From: Lytechinus pictus
Lineage: Eukaryota
Length of the DNA stretch: 64,000 nt
Reading direction: 5' to 3'
Assembly: GCF_037042905.1 (NCBI RefSeq)
Contig: NC_087252.1
Span: 16,866,001-16,930,000 of the forward strand
Each line of letters opens with the position of its first letter. Position 1 is the first letter of the stretch. Of the stretch, positions 13,257-29,780 are shown one piece after another. A model generated the notes under the pieces. It saw only the letters and a program-made list of their open reading frames with translations. It did no database searches and was not told the origin of the DNA. Both the position numbers and the translations under genes were made by a program.

Positions 13257-15248
13257 CACTACTACTACTATACCATTATCACTTCTACTACTAGTACTAC
13301 TACTACTACTATACTACTACCTCTACTTCTTATACTAGTACTAGTACTACTACTACTACTACTAGTTCTACTACAACTAGTACTACTACTCTTAGTTTCT
13401 TTCAGAGGGCAAATTCTACATGGGGTAACGCCCTTGACCCCATAAAAAACTACAGACTTCATTAATACAGTTCTATTTGTTTTTATTCATAAGTCGCTTT
13501 TAACGCATCATATGTCAGTTTCAAAATATTTTATTTTTACGTTTTTGATACCCCATATAAATACTGCGTTTTGAAAATGTCTGATGGTCATTTTCAGACT
13601 TCAACCCATGTATGTTATTTGTTGCAAGTTTAGAATAACAAAATATATGTTTGTATTCAATATGTTAAGCAGAATATCTACGAAGGACGTTTTATGGTAA
13701 CATTCGGATTTTACAATACAATTCTGTTTTATGTAGTCCTTTTACAGATATATTGTTACCCCGGTCAACGGATCCTGTCTTTCCCGCACACTTTATTATG
13801 CACTTTCTCCATTCCCTGTGGAGCATTTCACCAAACATTTTAAGATAAACAGCTAGGCATACTACAGTATCTTTTGCACAATATCTGGTACACGTTTGAC
13901 ACTTTAGTGGAGAGTGGCAAATTGTGGAACGACGCCTTCAACCTTGCATAATTTTCTTTTGATTTGAGATTTAGTTTCGTTTTAAGTCTAAACATGTTAT
14001 TTCTTTTGTATTCATGGTATGTAAGAACCAATTTGGTATTTTGCTTGAGATCCGTGTTATAAAAACGTGAAAAAATAAAACAAATTGAAAGTGAAATGAA
14101 CCATATCCATTGTCATCGTGTTAACATCATTTGCATTTTTTTTCAATACTTGACACTGGAATGTTCACAGCTTTTATTTATAATAATGAATACTAGTACT
14201 ACTACTTATACAACAACTACTACTGCTACTACTACTACTACTATTACTACTAATACTACCACCACCACTACTACTACAACAACAACTACTACTACTACTA
14301 CTACTACTACATCTACTACTACTACTAATACTACTATTACTATACTACCACTAATACTACTTCTACTACTACTACTACTATTTCTACTAGAACTAGTACT
14401 ACTACTCTTAGATTCTTCCAGAGGGCAAATTCTACATGGGGTAACGCCCTTGACCCCATTAAAAAAACTGCAGACTTCATTAATACAGATCTATTTGTTT
14501 TTAATTATCAGTCGCATTAGGGCATCAAATGTCAGTCTCAAAATACTATATTTTCACGTTTTTTGATACTCCATGTAAATACTGCATTTTGAAAATGGCT
14601 GATGGTCATTTTTAGACTACAACCCATGTAGGTTCATTGTTGCAATTTTAGAAAACTAAAAGGTATGTTTGTACTGAATATATTAGGCAGAATATTTACG
14701 AACGACGTTTTATGGTAACATTCGTTTTCTTTCCAATACAACTCTATTTTATGTAGCCCTTATACAGGTATATTGTTATCCTGGTCAACGGATCCTGTCT
14801 TTCCGGCGCACTTTATTATGCACTTTCTCCATTCCCTGGGGAACATTTCAACAAACAATTTATAACAAATAGCTAGGCATACTACAACATCTTTTGCACC
14901 ATACCTGGTACATATTTAACACTTTAGTGGAGAGTGGAAAATTGTGGAACGAAGCCTTCAACCTTGAATAATTTTGTTTCGATTTCAGATTTAGTTTCTT
15001 TTTAAGTCTAAACATGTTATTTATTTTGTATTCATGGTATGTAAGAACCAATACGGTATTTTGCTTTAGATCCGTGTTAAAAAAAGGAGAAAAAAAATAA
15101 ATCGAAAATGAAATGAATCATATCTACTGCGTTAACATCATTTGCATTTTTTTCTTTCAATATCTGACACTGGAATGTTCACATTTTGTTATTAATGAAT
15201 ATTTGTACTAATACTTCTACAACTACTACTTTTATTAAACCGCTACTA

Positions 15249-15401
15249 CTCTGTAAAAAATGAAGTGCTAATTTAGTAATTACAGTGCTTGTACGAGTGC
15301 TAATTGTTTTGGTTTAAATTTGAACTAAAATATAGGCACTCGTAGTGCAGTCACTATAGAAGCACTGTAAGTGCTAAATTACCACTTTATTTTTTACAGT
15401 G
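15249..15401. mobile_element. Hairpin MITE, 153-bp deleted variant; 12 copies starting at 15249, 17613, 20039, 22402, 24749, 27109, 29535, 31891, 34157, 36425, 38770, 41096
   Basis: Same insertion site and termini as 7535-7700, but the left arm lacks ~13 bp (gttgactgcatta) and carries shared substitutions (gctaatttagtaattacag). Confidence 0.9.
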
Positions 15402-17816
15402 TACCACTACTGCTTCTACTACTACTGCTACTTCTACTATTACTACTACTACTACTACTATTACTACTACTACTACTAATACTACTACTACCACTACTAC
15501 TACTATACCATTATCACTTCTACTACTACTACTAATACTACTACTACTACTACTCTTACTATACTACTATTACTGATACGACTTCTACTACTACTACTAC
15601 TACTGCTACTACTACTACTACCTCTACTTCTTCTACTAGTACTAGTACTACTACTTTTGGTTTCTTTCAGAGGGCAGATTTTACATGGAGAAATGCCCTT
15701 GACTCCATTAAAAAAAACCACAGACTACATTAATACAGTTCTATTTGTTTTTAATTATAAGTCGCTTTTAGCGCATCATATGTCAGTTTCAAAATATTTT
15801 ATTTCCACGTTTTTGATACCCCATAAAAATACTACGTTTTGAAAATGTCTGATGGTCATTTTCAGACTAAAACCCATGTATGTTATTTGTTGCAAGATTA
15901 GAATAACAAAAGATATGTTTGTATTCAATATGTTAAGCAGAATATTTACGAAGGACGTTTTATGGTAACATTCGGTTTTTACAATACTATTCTGTTTTAT
16001 GTAGCCCTTTTACAGATATATTGTTACCCCGGTCAACGGATCCTGTCTTTCCCGCGCACTTTACTATGCACTTTCTCCATTCCCTGTGGAGCATTTCAAC
16101 AAACATTTTAAGATAAACAGCTAGGCATACTACATTATCTTTTGCATCATATCTGGTACACGTTTGACACTTTAGTGGAGAGTGGCAAATTGTGGAACGA
16201 CGCCTTCAATCTTGCATAATTTTCTTTTGATTTGAGATTTAGTTTCGTTTTAAGTCTAAACATGTTATTTCTTTTGTATTCATGGTATGTAAGAACCAAT
16301 TTGGTATTTTGCTTGAGATCCGTGTTATAAAAATGTGAAAAAATAAAACAAATTGAAAGTGAAATGAACCATATCCATTGTCATCGTGTTAATATCATTT
16401 GCATTTTTTTTAAATACTTGACACTGGAATGTTTACAGCTTTTATTTATAATAATGAATACTAGTACTACTACTTATACAACAACTACTAATGCTACTAT
16501 TACTACTACTATTACTACTACTACAACCACTACTACTACTACTACTACTACTATTACTAATACGACCACCACTACTACTACAACTACTCCTACTACTACT
16601 ACTACTACTACTACTATTACTAATACGACCACCACTACTACTACAACTACTCCTCCTACTACTACTACTACTACATCTACAACTACTACTAATACTACTA
16701 TTTCTATACTACCACTAGTACTACTTCTACTACTACTACTACTACTATTTCTACTAGAACTAGTACTACTACTCTTAGATTGTTCCAGAGGCAAATTCTA
16801 CATGGGGTAACGCCCTTGACCCCATTAAAAAAACTGCACTTCATTAATACAGATCTATTTGTTTTTAATTATCAGTCGCATTAGGGCATCAAATGTCAGT
16901 TTCAAAATACTATATTTTCACGTTTTTTGATACTCCATGTAAATACTGCATTTTGAAAATGGCTGATGGTCATTTTTAGACTACAACCCATGTAGGTTAA
17001 TTGTTGCAATTTTAGAAAACTAAAAGGTATGTTTGTACTGAATATATTAGGCAGAATATTTACGAACGACGTTTTATGGCAACATTCGTTTTCTTTCCAA
17101 TACAACTCTATTCTATGTAGCCCTTATACAGGTATATTGTTATCCTGGTCAACGGATCCTGTCTTTCCGGTGCACTTTATTATGCACTTTCTCCATTCCC
17201 TGGGGAACATTTCAACAAACAATTTATAACAAATAGCTAGGCATACTACAACATCTTTTGCACCATACCTGGTACACATTTAACACTTTAGTGGAGAGTG
17301 GAAAATTGTGGAACGAAGCCTTCAACCTTGAATAATTTTGTTTCGATTTCAGATTTAGTTTCTTTTTAAGTCTAAACATGTTATTTATTTTGTATTCATA
17401 GTATGTAAGAACCAATACGGTATTTTGCTTTAGATCCGTGTTAAAAAAAGGAGAAAAAAAATATTTTGAAAATGAAATGAATCATATCCACTGCGTTAAC
17501 ATCATTTGCATTTTTTTCTTTCAATATCTGACACTGGAATGTTCACATTTTGTTATTAATGAATATTTGTACTAATACTTCTACAACTACTACTTTTATT
17601 AAACCGCTACTACTCCGTAAAAAATGAAGTGCTAATTTAGTAATTACAGTGCTTGTACGAGTGCTAATTGTTTTGGTTTAAATTTGAACTAAAATATAGG
17701 CACTCGTAGTGCAGTCACTATAGAAGCACTGTAAGTGCTAAATTACCACTTCATTTTTTACAGTGTACCACTACTGCTTCTACTACTACTTCTACTATTA
17801 CTACTACTACTACTAT

Positions 17817-17849
<33 letters not shown>

Positions 17850-18874
17850 CACTACTACTACTATACCATTATCACTTCTACTACTACTACTACTAATACT
17901 ACTACTACTACTCTTTCTATACTACTATTACTGATACGACTTCTACTACTACTACTACTACTGCTACTACTACCTCTACTTCTTCTACTAGTACTAGTAC
18001 TACTACTTTTGGTTTCTTTCAGAGGGCAAATTTTACATGGGGTAACGCCCTTGACTCCATTAAAAAAAACTACAGACTACATTAATACAGTTCTATTTGT
18101 TTTTAATTATAAGTCGTTTTTAGCGCATCATATGTCAGTTTCACAATATTTTATTTCCACGTTTTTGATACCCCATAAAAATACTACGTTTTGAAAATGT
18201 CTGATGGTCATTTTCAGACTAAAACCCATGTATGTTATTTGTTGCAAGATTAGAATAACAAAAGATATGTTTGTATTCAATATGTTAAGCAGAATATTTA
18301 CGAAGGACGTTTTATGGTAACATTCGGTTATTACAATACTATTCTGTTTTATGTAGCCCTTTTACAGATATATTGTTACCCCGGTCAACGGATCCTGTCT
18401 TTCCCGCGCACTTTACTATGCACTTTCTCCATTCCCTGTGGAGCATTTCAACAAACATTTTAAGATAAACAGCTAGGCATACTACAGTATCTTTTGCATC
18501 ATATCTGGTACACGTTTGACACTTTAGTGGAGAGTGGCAAATTGTGGAACGACGCCTTCAATCTTGCATAATTTTCTTTTGATTTGAGATTTAGTTTCGT
18601 TTTAAGTCTAAACATGTTATTTCTTTTGTATTCATGGTATGTAAGAACCAATTTGGTATTTTGCTTGAGATCCGTGTTATAAAAATGTGAAAAAATAAAA
18701 CAAATTGAAAGTGAAATGAACCATATCCATTGTCATCGTGTTAATATCATTTGCATTTTTTTTAAATACTTGACACTGGAATGTTCACAGCTTTTATTTA
18801 TAATAATGAATACTAGTACTACTACTTATACAACAACTACTAATGCTACTATTACTACTACTATTACTACTACT

Positions 18875-18910
<36 letters not shown>

Positions 18911-20254
18911 GTTACTAATACGACCACCACTACTACTACAACTACTCCTACTACTACTACTACTACTACTACTACTATTACTAATACGACCACCACTACT
19001 ACTACAACTACTCCTCCTACTGCTACTACTACTACTACTACCACTACTACTACTATACCATTATCACTTCTACTACTACTACTACTAATACTACTACTAC
19101 TACTCTTTCTATACTACTATTACTGATACGACTTCTACTACTACTACTACTACTGCTACTACTACCTCTACTTCTTCTACTAGTACTAGTACTACTACTC
19201 TTAGATTGTTCCAGAGGCAAATTCTACATGGGGTAACGCCCTTGACCCCATTAAAAAAACTGCACTTCATTAATACAGATCTATTTGTTTTTAATTATCA
19301 GTCGCATTAGGGCATCAAATGTCAGTTTCAAAATACTATATTTTCACGTTTTTTGATACTCCATGTAAATACTGCATTTTGAAAATGGCTGATGGTCATT
19401 TTTAGACTACAACCCATGTAGGTTAATTGTTGCAATTTTAGAAAACTAAAAGGTATGTTTGTACTGAATATATTAGGCAGAATATTTACGAACGACGTTT
19501 TATGGCAACATTCGTTTTCTTTCCAATACAACTCTATTCTATGTAGCCCTTATACAGGTATATTGTTATCCTGGTCAACGGATCCTGTCTTTCCGGTGCA
19601 CTTTATTATGCACTTTCTCTATTCCCTGTGGAACATTTCAACAAACAATTTATAACAAATAGCTAGGCATACTACAACATATTTTGCACCATACCTGGTA
19701 CACATTTAACACTTTAGTGGAGAGTGGAAAATTGTGGAACGAAGCCTTCAACCTTGAATAATTTTGTTTCGATTTCAGATTTAGTTTCTTTTTAAGTCTA
19801 AACATGTTATTTATTTTGTATTCATGGTATGTAAGAACCAATACGGTATTTTGCTTTAGATCCGTGTTAAAAAAAGGAGAAAAAAAATAAATTGAAAATG
19901 AAATGAATCATATCCACTGCGTTAACATCATTTGCATTTTTTTCTTTCAATATCTGACACTGGAATGTTCACATTTTGTTATTAATGAATATTTGTACTA
20001 ATACTTCTACAACTACTACTTTTATTAAACCGCTACTACTCTGTAAAAAATGAAGTGCTAATTTAGTAATTACAGTGCTTGTACGAGTGCTAATTGTTTT
20101 GGTTTAAATTTGAACTAAAATATAGGCACTCGTAGTGCAGTCACTATAGAAGCACTGTAAGTGCTAAATTACCACTTCATTTTTTACAGTGTACCACTAC
20201 TGCTTCTACTACTACTGCTACTTCTACTATTACTACTACTACTACTACTACTAT

Positions 20255-20287
<33 letters not shown>

Positions 20288-22605
20288 CACTACTACTACT
20301 ATACCATTATCACTTCTACTACTACTACTACTAATACTACTACTACTACTCTTTCTATACTACTATTACTGATACGACTTCTACTACTACTACTACTACT
20401 GCTACTACTACCTCTACTTCTTCTACTAGTACTAGTACTACTACTTTTGGTTTCTTTCAGAGGGCAAATTTTACATGGGGTAACGCCCTTACTCCATTAA
20501 AAAAAACTACAGACTACATTAATACAATTCTATTTGTTTTTTATTATAAGTCGCTTTTAGCGCATCATATGTCAGTTTCACAATATTTTATTTCCACGTT
20601 TTTGATACCCCATAAAAATACTACGTTTTGAAAATGTCTGATGGTCATTTTCAGACTAAAACCCATGTATGTTATTTGTTGCAAGATTAGAATAACAAAA
20701 GATATGTTTGTATTCAATATGTTAAGCAGAATATTTACGAAGGACGTTTTATGGTAACATTCGGTTATTACAATACTATTCTGTTTTATGTAGCCCTTTT
20801 ACAGATATATTGTTACCCCGGTCAACGGATCCTGTCTTTCCCGCGCACTTTACTATGCACTTTCTCCATTCCCTGTGGAGCATTTCAACAAACATTTTAA
20901 GATAAACAGCTAGGCATACTACATTATCTTTTGCATCATATCTGGTACACGTTTGACACTTTAGTGGAGAGTGGCAAATTGTGGAACGACGCCTTCAATC
21001 TTGCATAATTTTCTTTTGATTTGAGATTTAGTTTCGTTTTAAGTCTAAACATGTTATTTCTTTTGTATTCATGGTATGTAAGAACCAATTTGGTATTTTG
21101 CTTGAGATCCGTGTTATAAAAATGTGAAAAAATAAAACAAATTGAAAGTGAAATGAACCATATCCATTGTCATCGTGTTAATATCATTTGCATTTTTTTT
21201 AAATACTTGACACTGGAATGTTTACAGCTTTTATTTATAATAATGAATACTAGTACTACTACTTATACAACAACTACTAATGCTACTATTACTACTACTA
21301 TTACTACTACTACAACCACTACTACTACTACTACTACTACTATTACTAATACGACCACCACTACTACTACAACTACTCCTACTACTACTACTACTACTAC
21401 TACTATTACTAATACGACCACCACTACTACTACAACTACTCCTCCTACTACTACTACTACTACATCTACAACTACTACTAATACTACTATTTCTATACTA
21501 CCACTAGTACTACTTCTACTACTACTACTACTACTATTTCTACTAGAACTAGTACTACTACTCTTAGATTGTTCCAGAGGCAAATTCTACATGGGGTAAC
21601 GCCCTTGACCCCATTAAAAAAACTGCACTTCATTAATACAGATCTATTTGTTTTTAATTATCAGTCGCATTAGGGCATCAAATGTCAGTTTCAAAATACT
21701 ATATTTTCACGTTTTTTGATACTCCATGTAAATACTGCATTTTGAAAATGGCTGATGGTCATTTTTAGACTACAACCCATGTAGGTTAATTGTTGCAATT
21801 TTAGAAAACTAAAAGGTATGTTTGTACTGAATATATTAGGCAGAATATTTACGAACGACGTTTTATGGCAACATTCGTTTTCTTTCCAATACAACTCTAT
21901 TCTATGTAGCCCTTATACAGGTATATTGTTATCCTGGTCAACGGATCCTGTCTTTCCGGTGCACTTTATTATGCACTTTCTCCATTCCCTGGGGAACATT
22001 TCAACAAACAATTTATAACAAATAGCTAGGCATACTACAACATCTTTTGCACCATACCTGGTACACATTTAACACTTTAGTGGAGAGTGGAAAATTGTGG
22101 AACGAAGCCTTCAACCTTGAATAATTTTGTTTCGATTTCAGATTTAGTTTCTTTTTAAGTCTAAACATGTTATTTATTTTGTATTCATAGTATGTAAGAA
22201 CCAATACGGTATTTTGCTTTAGATCCGTGTTAAAAAAAGGAGAAAAAAAATATTTTGAAAATGAAATGAATCATATCCACTGCGTTAACATCATTTGCAT
22301 TTTTTTCTTTCAATATCTGACACTGGAATGTTCACATTTTGTTATTAATGAATATTTGTACTAATACTTCTACAACTACTACTTTTATTAAACCGCTACT
22401 ACTCTGTAAAAAATGAAGTGCTAATTTAGTAATTACAGTGCTTGTACGAGTGCTAATTGTTTTGGTTTAAATTTGAACTAAAATATAGGCACTCGTAGTG
22501 CAGTCACTATAGAAGCACTGTAAGTGCTAAATTACCACTTCATTTTTTACAGTGTACCACTACTGCTTCTACTACTACTTCTACTATTACTACTACTACT
22601 ACTAT

Positions 22606-22638
<33 letters not shown>

Positions 22639-23634
22639 CACTACTACTACTATACCATTATCACTTCTACTACTACTACTACTAATACTACTACTACTAC
22701 TCTTTCTATACTACTATTACTGATACGACTTCTACTACTACTACTACTACTGCTACTACTACCTCTACTTCTTCTACTAGTACTAGTACTACTACTTTTG
22801 GTTTCTTTCAGAGGGCAAATTTTACATGGGGTAACGCCCTTGACTCCATTAAAAAAAACTACAGACTACATTAATACAGTTCTATTTGTTTTTAATTATA
22901 AGTCGTTTTTAGCGCATCATATGTCAGTTTCACAATATTTTATTTCCACGTTTTTGATACCCCATAAAAATACTACGTTTTGAAAATGTCTGATGGTCAT
23001 TTTCAGACTAAAACCCATGTATGTTATTTGTTGCAAGATTAGAATAACAAAAGATATGTTTGTATTCAATATGTTAAGCAGAATATTTACGAAGGACGTT
23101 TTATGGTAACATTCGGTTATTACAATACTATTCTGTTTTATGTAGCCCTTTTACAGATATATTGTTACCCCGGTCAACGGATCCTGTCTTTCCCGCGCAC
23201 TTTACTATGCACTTTCTCCATTCCCTGTGGAGCATTTCAACAAACATTTTAAGATAAACAGCTAGGCATACTACAGTATCTTTTGCATCATATCTGGTAC
23301 ACGTTTGACACTTTAGTGGAGAGTGGCAAATTGTGGAACGACGCCTTCAATCTTGCATAATTTTCTTTTGATTTGAGATATAGTTTTGTATTCATGGTAT
23401 GTAAGAACCAATTTGGTATTTTGCTTGAGATCCGTGTTATAAAAATGTGAAAAAATAAAACAAATTGAAAGTGAAATGAACCATATCCATTGTCATCGTG
23501 TTAATATCATTTGCATTTTTTTTAAATACTTGACACTAGAATGTTCACAGCTTTTATTTATAATAATGAATACTAGAACTACTACTTATACAACAACTAC
23601 TAATGCTACTATTACTACTACTATTACTACTACT

Positions 23635-23671
<37 letters not shown>

Positions 23672-23707
23672 TTACTAATACGACCACCACTACTACTACA
23701 ACTACTC

Positions 23708-23746
<39 letters not shown>

Positions 23747-24961
23747 TTACTAATACGACCACCACTACTACTACAACTACTCCTCCTACTACTACTACTA
23801 CTACATCTACAACTACTACTAATACTACTACATGTATTTCTATACTACCACTAATACTACTTATACTACTACTACTACTACTATTTCTACTAGAACTAGT
23901 ACTACTACTCTTAGATTGTTCCAGAGGCAAATTCTACATGGGGTAACGCCCTTGACCCCATTAAAAAAACTGCACTTCATTAATACAGATCTATTTGTTT
24001 TTAATTATCAGTCGCATTAGGGCATCAAATGTCAGTTTCAAAATACTATATTTTCACGTTTTTTGATACTCCATGTAAATACTGCATTTTGAAAATGGCT
24101 GATGGTCATTTTTAGACTACAACCCATGTAGGTTAATTGTTGCAATTTTAGAAAACTAAAAGGTATGTTTGTACTGAATATATTAGGCAGAATATTTACG
24201 AACGACGTTTTATGGCAACATTCGTTTTCTTTCCAATACAACTCTATTCTATGTAGCCCTTATACAGGTATATTGTTATCCTGGTCAACGGATCCTGTCT
24301 TTCCGGTGCACTTTATTATGCACTTTCTCTATTCCCTGTGGAACATTTCAACAAACAATTTATAACAAATAGCTAGGCATACTACAACATATTTTGCACC
24401 ATACCTGGTACACATTTAACACTTTAGTGGAGAGTGGAAAATTGTGGAACGAAGCCTTCAACCTTGAATAATTTTGTTTCGATTTCAGATTTAGTTTCTT
24501 TTTAAGTCTAAACATGTTATTTATTTTGTATTCATGGTATGTAAGAACCAATACGGTATTTTGCTTTAGATCCGTGTTAAAAAAAGGAGAAAAAAAATAA
24601 ATTGAAAATGAAATGAATCATATCCACTGCGTTAACATCATTTGCATTTTTTTCTTTCAATATCTGACACTGGAATGTTCACATTTTGTTATTAATGAAT
24701 ATTTGTACTAATACTTCTACAACTACTACTTTTATTAAACCGCTACTACTCTGTAAAAAATGAAGTGCTAATTTAGTAATTACAGTGCTTGTACGAGTGC
24801 TAATTGTTTTGGTTTAAATTTGAACTAAAATATAGGCACTCGTAGTGCAGTCACTATAGAAGCACTGTAAGTGCTAAATTACCACTTCATTTTTTACAGT
24901 GTACCACTACTGCTTCTACTACTACTGCTACTTCTACTATTACTACTACTACTACTACTAT

Positions 24962-24994
<33 letters not shown>

Positions 24995-27312
24995 CACTAC
25001 TACTACTATACCATTATCACTTCTACTACTACTACTACTAATACTACTACTACTACTCTTTCTATACTACTATTACTGATACGACTTCTACTACTACTAC
25101 TACTACTGCTACTACTACCTCTACTTCTTCTACTAGTACTAGTACTACTACTTTTGGTTTCTTTCAGAGGGCAAATTTTACATGGGGTAACGCCCTTACT
25201 CCATTAAAAAAAACTACAGACTACATTAATACAATTCTATTTGTTTTTTATTATAAGTCGCTTTTAGCGCATCATATGTCAGTTTCACAATATTTTATTT
25301 CCACGTTTTTGATACCCCATAAAAATACTACGTTTTGAAAATGTCTGATGGTCATTTTCAGACTAAAACCCATGTATGTTATTTGTTGCAAGATTAGAAT
25401 AACAAAAGATATGTTTGTATTCAATATGTTAAGCAGAATATTTACGAAGGACGTTTTATGGTAACATTCGGTTATTACAATACTATTCTGTTTTATGTAG
25501 CCCTTTTACAGATATATTGTTACCCCGGTCAACGGATCCTGTCTTTCCCGCGCACTTTACTATGCACTTTCTCCATTCCCTGTGGAGCATTTCAACAAAC
25601 ATTTTAAGATAAACAGCTAGGCATACTACATTATCTTTTGCATCATATCTGGTACACGTTTGACACTTTAGTGGAGAGTGGCAAATTGTGGAACGACGCC
25701 TTCAATCTTGCATAATTTTCTTTTGATTTGAGATTTAGTTTCGTTTTAAGTCTAAACATGTTATTTCTTTTGTATTCATGGTATGTAAGAACCAATTTGG
25801 TATTTTGCTTGAGATCCGTGTTATAAAAATGTGAAAAAATAAAACAAATTGAAAGTGAAATGAACCATATCCATTGTCATCGTGTTAATATCATTTGCAT
25901 TTTTTTTAAATACTTGACACTGGAATGTTTACAGCTTTTATTTATAATAATGAATACTAGTACTACTACTTATACAACAACTACTAATGCTACTATTACT
26001 ACTACTATTACTACTACTACAACCACTACTACTACTACTACTACTACTATTACTAATACGACCACCACTACTACTACAACTACTCCTACTACTACTACTA
26101 CTACTACTACTATTACTAATACGACCACCACTACTACTACAACTACTCCTCCTACTACTACTACTACTACATCTACAACTACTACTAATACTACTATTTC
26201 TATACTACCACTAGTACTACTTCTACTACTACTACTACTACTATTTCTACTAGAACTAGTACTACTACTCTTAGATTGTTCCAGAGGCAAATTCTACATG
26301 GGGTAACGCCCTTGACCCCATTAAAAAAACTGCACTTCATTAATACAGATCTATTTGTTTTTAATTATCAGTCGCATTAGGGCATCAAATGTCAGTTTCA
26401 AAATACTATATTTTCACGTTTTTTGATACTCCATGTAAATACTGCATTTTGAAAATGGCTGATGGTCATTTTTAGACTACAACCCATGTAGGTTAATTGT
26501 TGCAATTTTAGAAAACTAAAAGGTATGTTTGTACTGAATATATTAGGCAGAATATTTACGAACGACGTTTTATGGCAACATTCGTTTTCTTTCCAATACA
26601 ACTCTATTCTATGTAGCCCTTATACAGGTATATTGTTATCCTGGTCAACGGATCCTGTCTTTCCGGTGCACTTTATTATGCACTTTCTCCATTCCCTGGG
26701 GAACATTTCAACAAACAATTTATAACAAATAGCTAGGCATACTACAACATCTTTTGCACCATACCTGGTACACATTTAACACTTTAGTGGAGAGTGGAAA
26801 ATTGTGGAACGAAGCCTTCAACCTTGAATAATTTTGTTTCGATTTCAGATTTAGTTTCTTTTTAAGTCTAAACATGTTATTTATTTTGTATTCATAGTAT
26901 GTAAGAACCAATACGGTATTTTGCTTTAGATCCGTGTTAAAAAAAGGAGAAAAAAAATATTTTGAAAATGAAATGAATCATATCCACTGCGTTAACATCA
27001 TTTGCATTTTTTTCTTTCAATATCTGACACTGGAATGTTCACATTTTGTTATTAATGAATATTTGTACTAATACTTCTACAACTACTACTTTTATTAAAC
27101 CGCTACTACTCTGTAAAAAATGAAGTGCTAATTTAGTAATTACAGTGCTTGTACGAGTGCTAATTGTTTTGGTTTAAATTTGAACTAAAATATAGGCACT
27201 CGTAGTGCAGTCACTATAGAAGCACTGTAAGTGCTAAATTACCACTTCATTTTTTACAGTGTACCACTACTGCTTCTACTACTACTTCTACTATTACTAC
27301 TACTACTACTAT

Positions 27313-27345
<33 letters not shown>

Positions 27346-28370
27346 CACTACTACTACTATACCATTATCACTTCTACTACTACTACTACTAATACTACTA
27401 CTACTACTCTTTCTATACTACTATTACTGATACGACTTCTACTACTACTACTACTACTGCTACTACTACCTCTACTTCTTCTACTAGTACTAGTACTACT
27501 ACTTTTGGTTTCTTTCAGAGGGCAAATTTTACATGGGGTAACGCCCTTGACTCCATTAAAAAAAACTACAGACTACATTAATACAGTTCTATTTGTTTTT
27601 AATTATAAGTCGTTTTTAGCGCATCATATGTCAGTTTCACAATATTTTATTTCCACGTTTTTGATACCCCATAAAAATACTACGTTTTGAAAATGTCTGA
27701 TGGTCATTTTCAGACTAAAACCCATGTATGTTATTTGTTGCAAGATTAGAATAACAAAAGATATGTTTGTATTCAATATGTTAAGCAGAATATTTACGAA
27801 GGACGTTTTATGGTAACATTCGGTTATTACAATACTATTCTGTTTTATGTAGCCCTTTTACAGATATATTGTTACCCCGGTCAACGGATCCTGTCTTTCC
27901 CGCGCACTTTACTATGCACTTTCTCCATTCCCTGTGGAGCATTTCAACAAACATTTTAAGATAAACAGCTAGGCATACTACAGTATCTTTTGCATCATAT
28001 CTGGTACACGTTTGACACTTTAGTGGAGAGTGGCAAATTGTGGAACGACGCCTTCAATCTTGCATAATTTTCTTTTGATTTGAGATTTAGTTTCGTTTTA
28101 AGTCTAAACATGTTATTTCTTTTGTATTCATGGTATGTAAGAACCAATTTGGTATTTTGCTTGAGATCCGTGTTATAAAAATGTGAAAAAATAAAACAAA
28201 TTGAAAGTGAAATGAACCATATCCATTGTCATCGTGTTAATATCATTTGCATTTTTTTTAAATACTTGACACTGGAATGTTCACAGCTTTTATTTATAAT
28301 AATGAATACTAGTACTACTACTTATACAACAACTACTAATGCTACTATTACTACTACTATTACTACTACT

Positions 28371-28406
<36 letters not shown>

Positions 28407-29747
28407 GTTACTAATACGACCACCACTACTACTACAACTACTCCTACTACTACTACTACTACTACTACTACTATTACTAATACGACCACCACTACTACTA
28501 CAACTACTCCTCCTACTGCTACTACTACTACTACTACCACTACTACTACTATACCATTATCACTTCTACTACTACTACTACTAATACTACTACTACTACT
28601 CTTTCTATACTACTATTACTGATACGACTTCTACTACTACTACTACTACTGCTACTACTACCTCTACTTCTTCTACTAGTACTAGTACTACTACTCTTAG
28701 ATTGTTCCAGAGGCAAATTCTACATGGGGTAACGCCCTTGACCCCATTAAAAAAACTGCACTTCATTAATACAGATCTATTTGTTTTTAATTATCAGTCG
28801 CATTAGGGCATCAAATGTCAGTTTCAAAATACTATATTTTCACGTTTTTTGATACTCCATGTAAATACTGCATTTTGAAAATGGCTGATGGTCATTTTTA
28901 GACTACAACCCATGTAGGTTAATTGTTGCAATTTTAGAAAACTAAAAGGTATGTTTGTACTGAATATATTAGGCAGAATATTTACGAACGACGTTTTATG
29001 GCAACATTCGTTTTCTTTCCAATACAACTCTATTCTATGTAGCCCTTATACAGGTATATTGTTATCCTGGTCAACGGATCCTGTCTTTCCGGTGCACTTT
29101 ATTATGCACTTTCTCTATTCCCTGTGGAACATTTCAACAAACAATTTATAACAAATAGCTAGGCATACTACAACATATTTTGCACCATACCTGGTACACA
29201 TTTAACACTTTAGTGGAGAGTGGAAAATTGTGGAACGAAGCCTTCAACCTTGAATAATTTTGTTTCGATTTCAGATTTAGTTTCTTTTTAAGTCTAAACA
29301 TGTTATTTATTTTGTATTCATGGTATGTAAGAACCAATACGGTATTTTGCTTTAGATCCGTGTTAAAAAAAGGAGAAAAAAAATAAATTGAAAATGAAAT
29401 GAATCATATCCACTGCGTTAACATCATTTGCATTTTTTTCTTTCAATATCTGACACTGGAATGTTCACATTTTGTTATTAATGAATATTTGTACTAATAC
29501 TTCTACAACTACTACTTTTATTAAACCGCTACTACTCTGTAAAAAATGAAGTGCTAATTTAGTAATTACAGTGCTTGTACGAGTGCTAATTGTTTTGGTT
29601 TAAATTTGAACTAAAATATAGGCACTCGTAGTGCAGTCACTATAGAAGCACTGTAAGTGCTAAATTACCACTTCATTTTTTACAGTGTACCACTACTGCT
29701 TCTACTACTACTGCTACTTCTACTATTACTACTACTACTACTACTAT

Positions 29748-29780
<33 letters not shown>

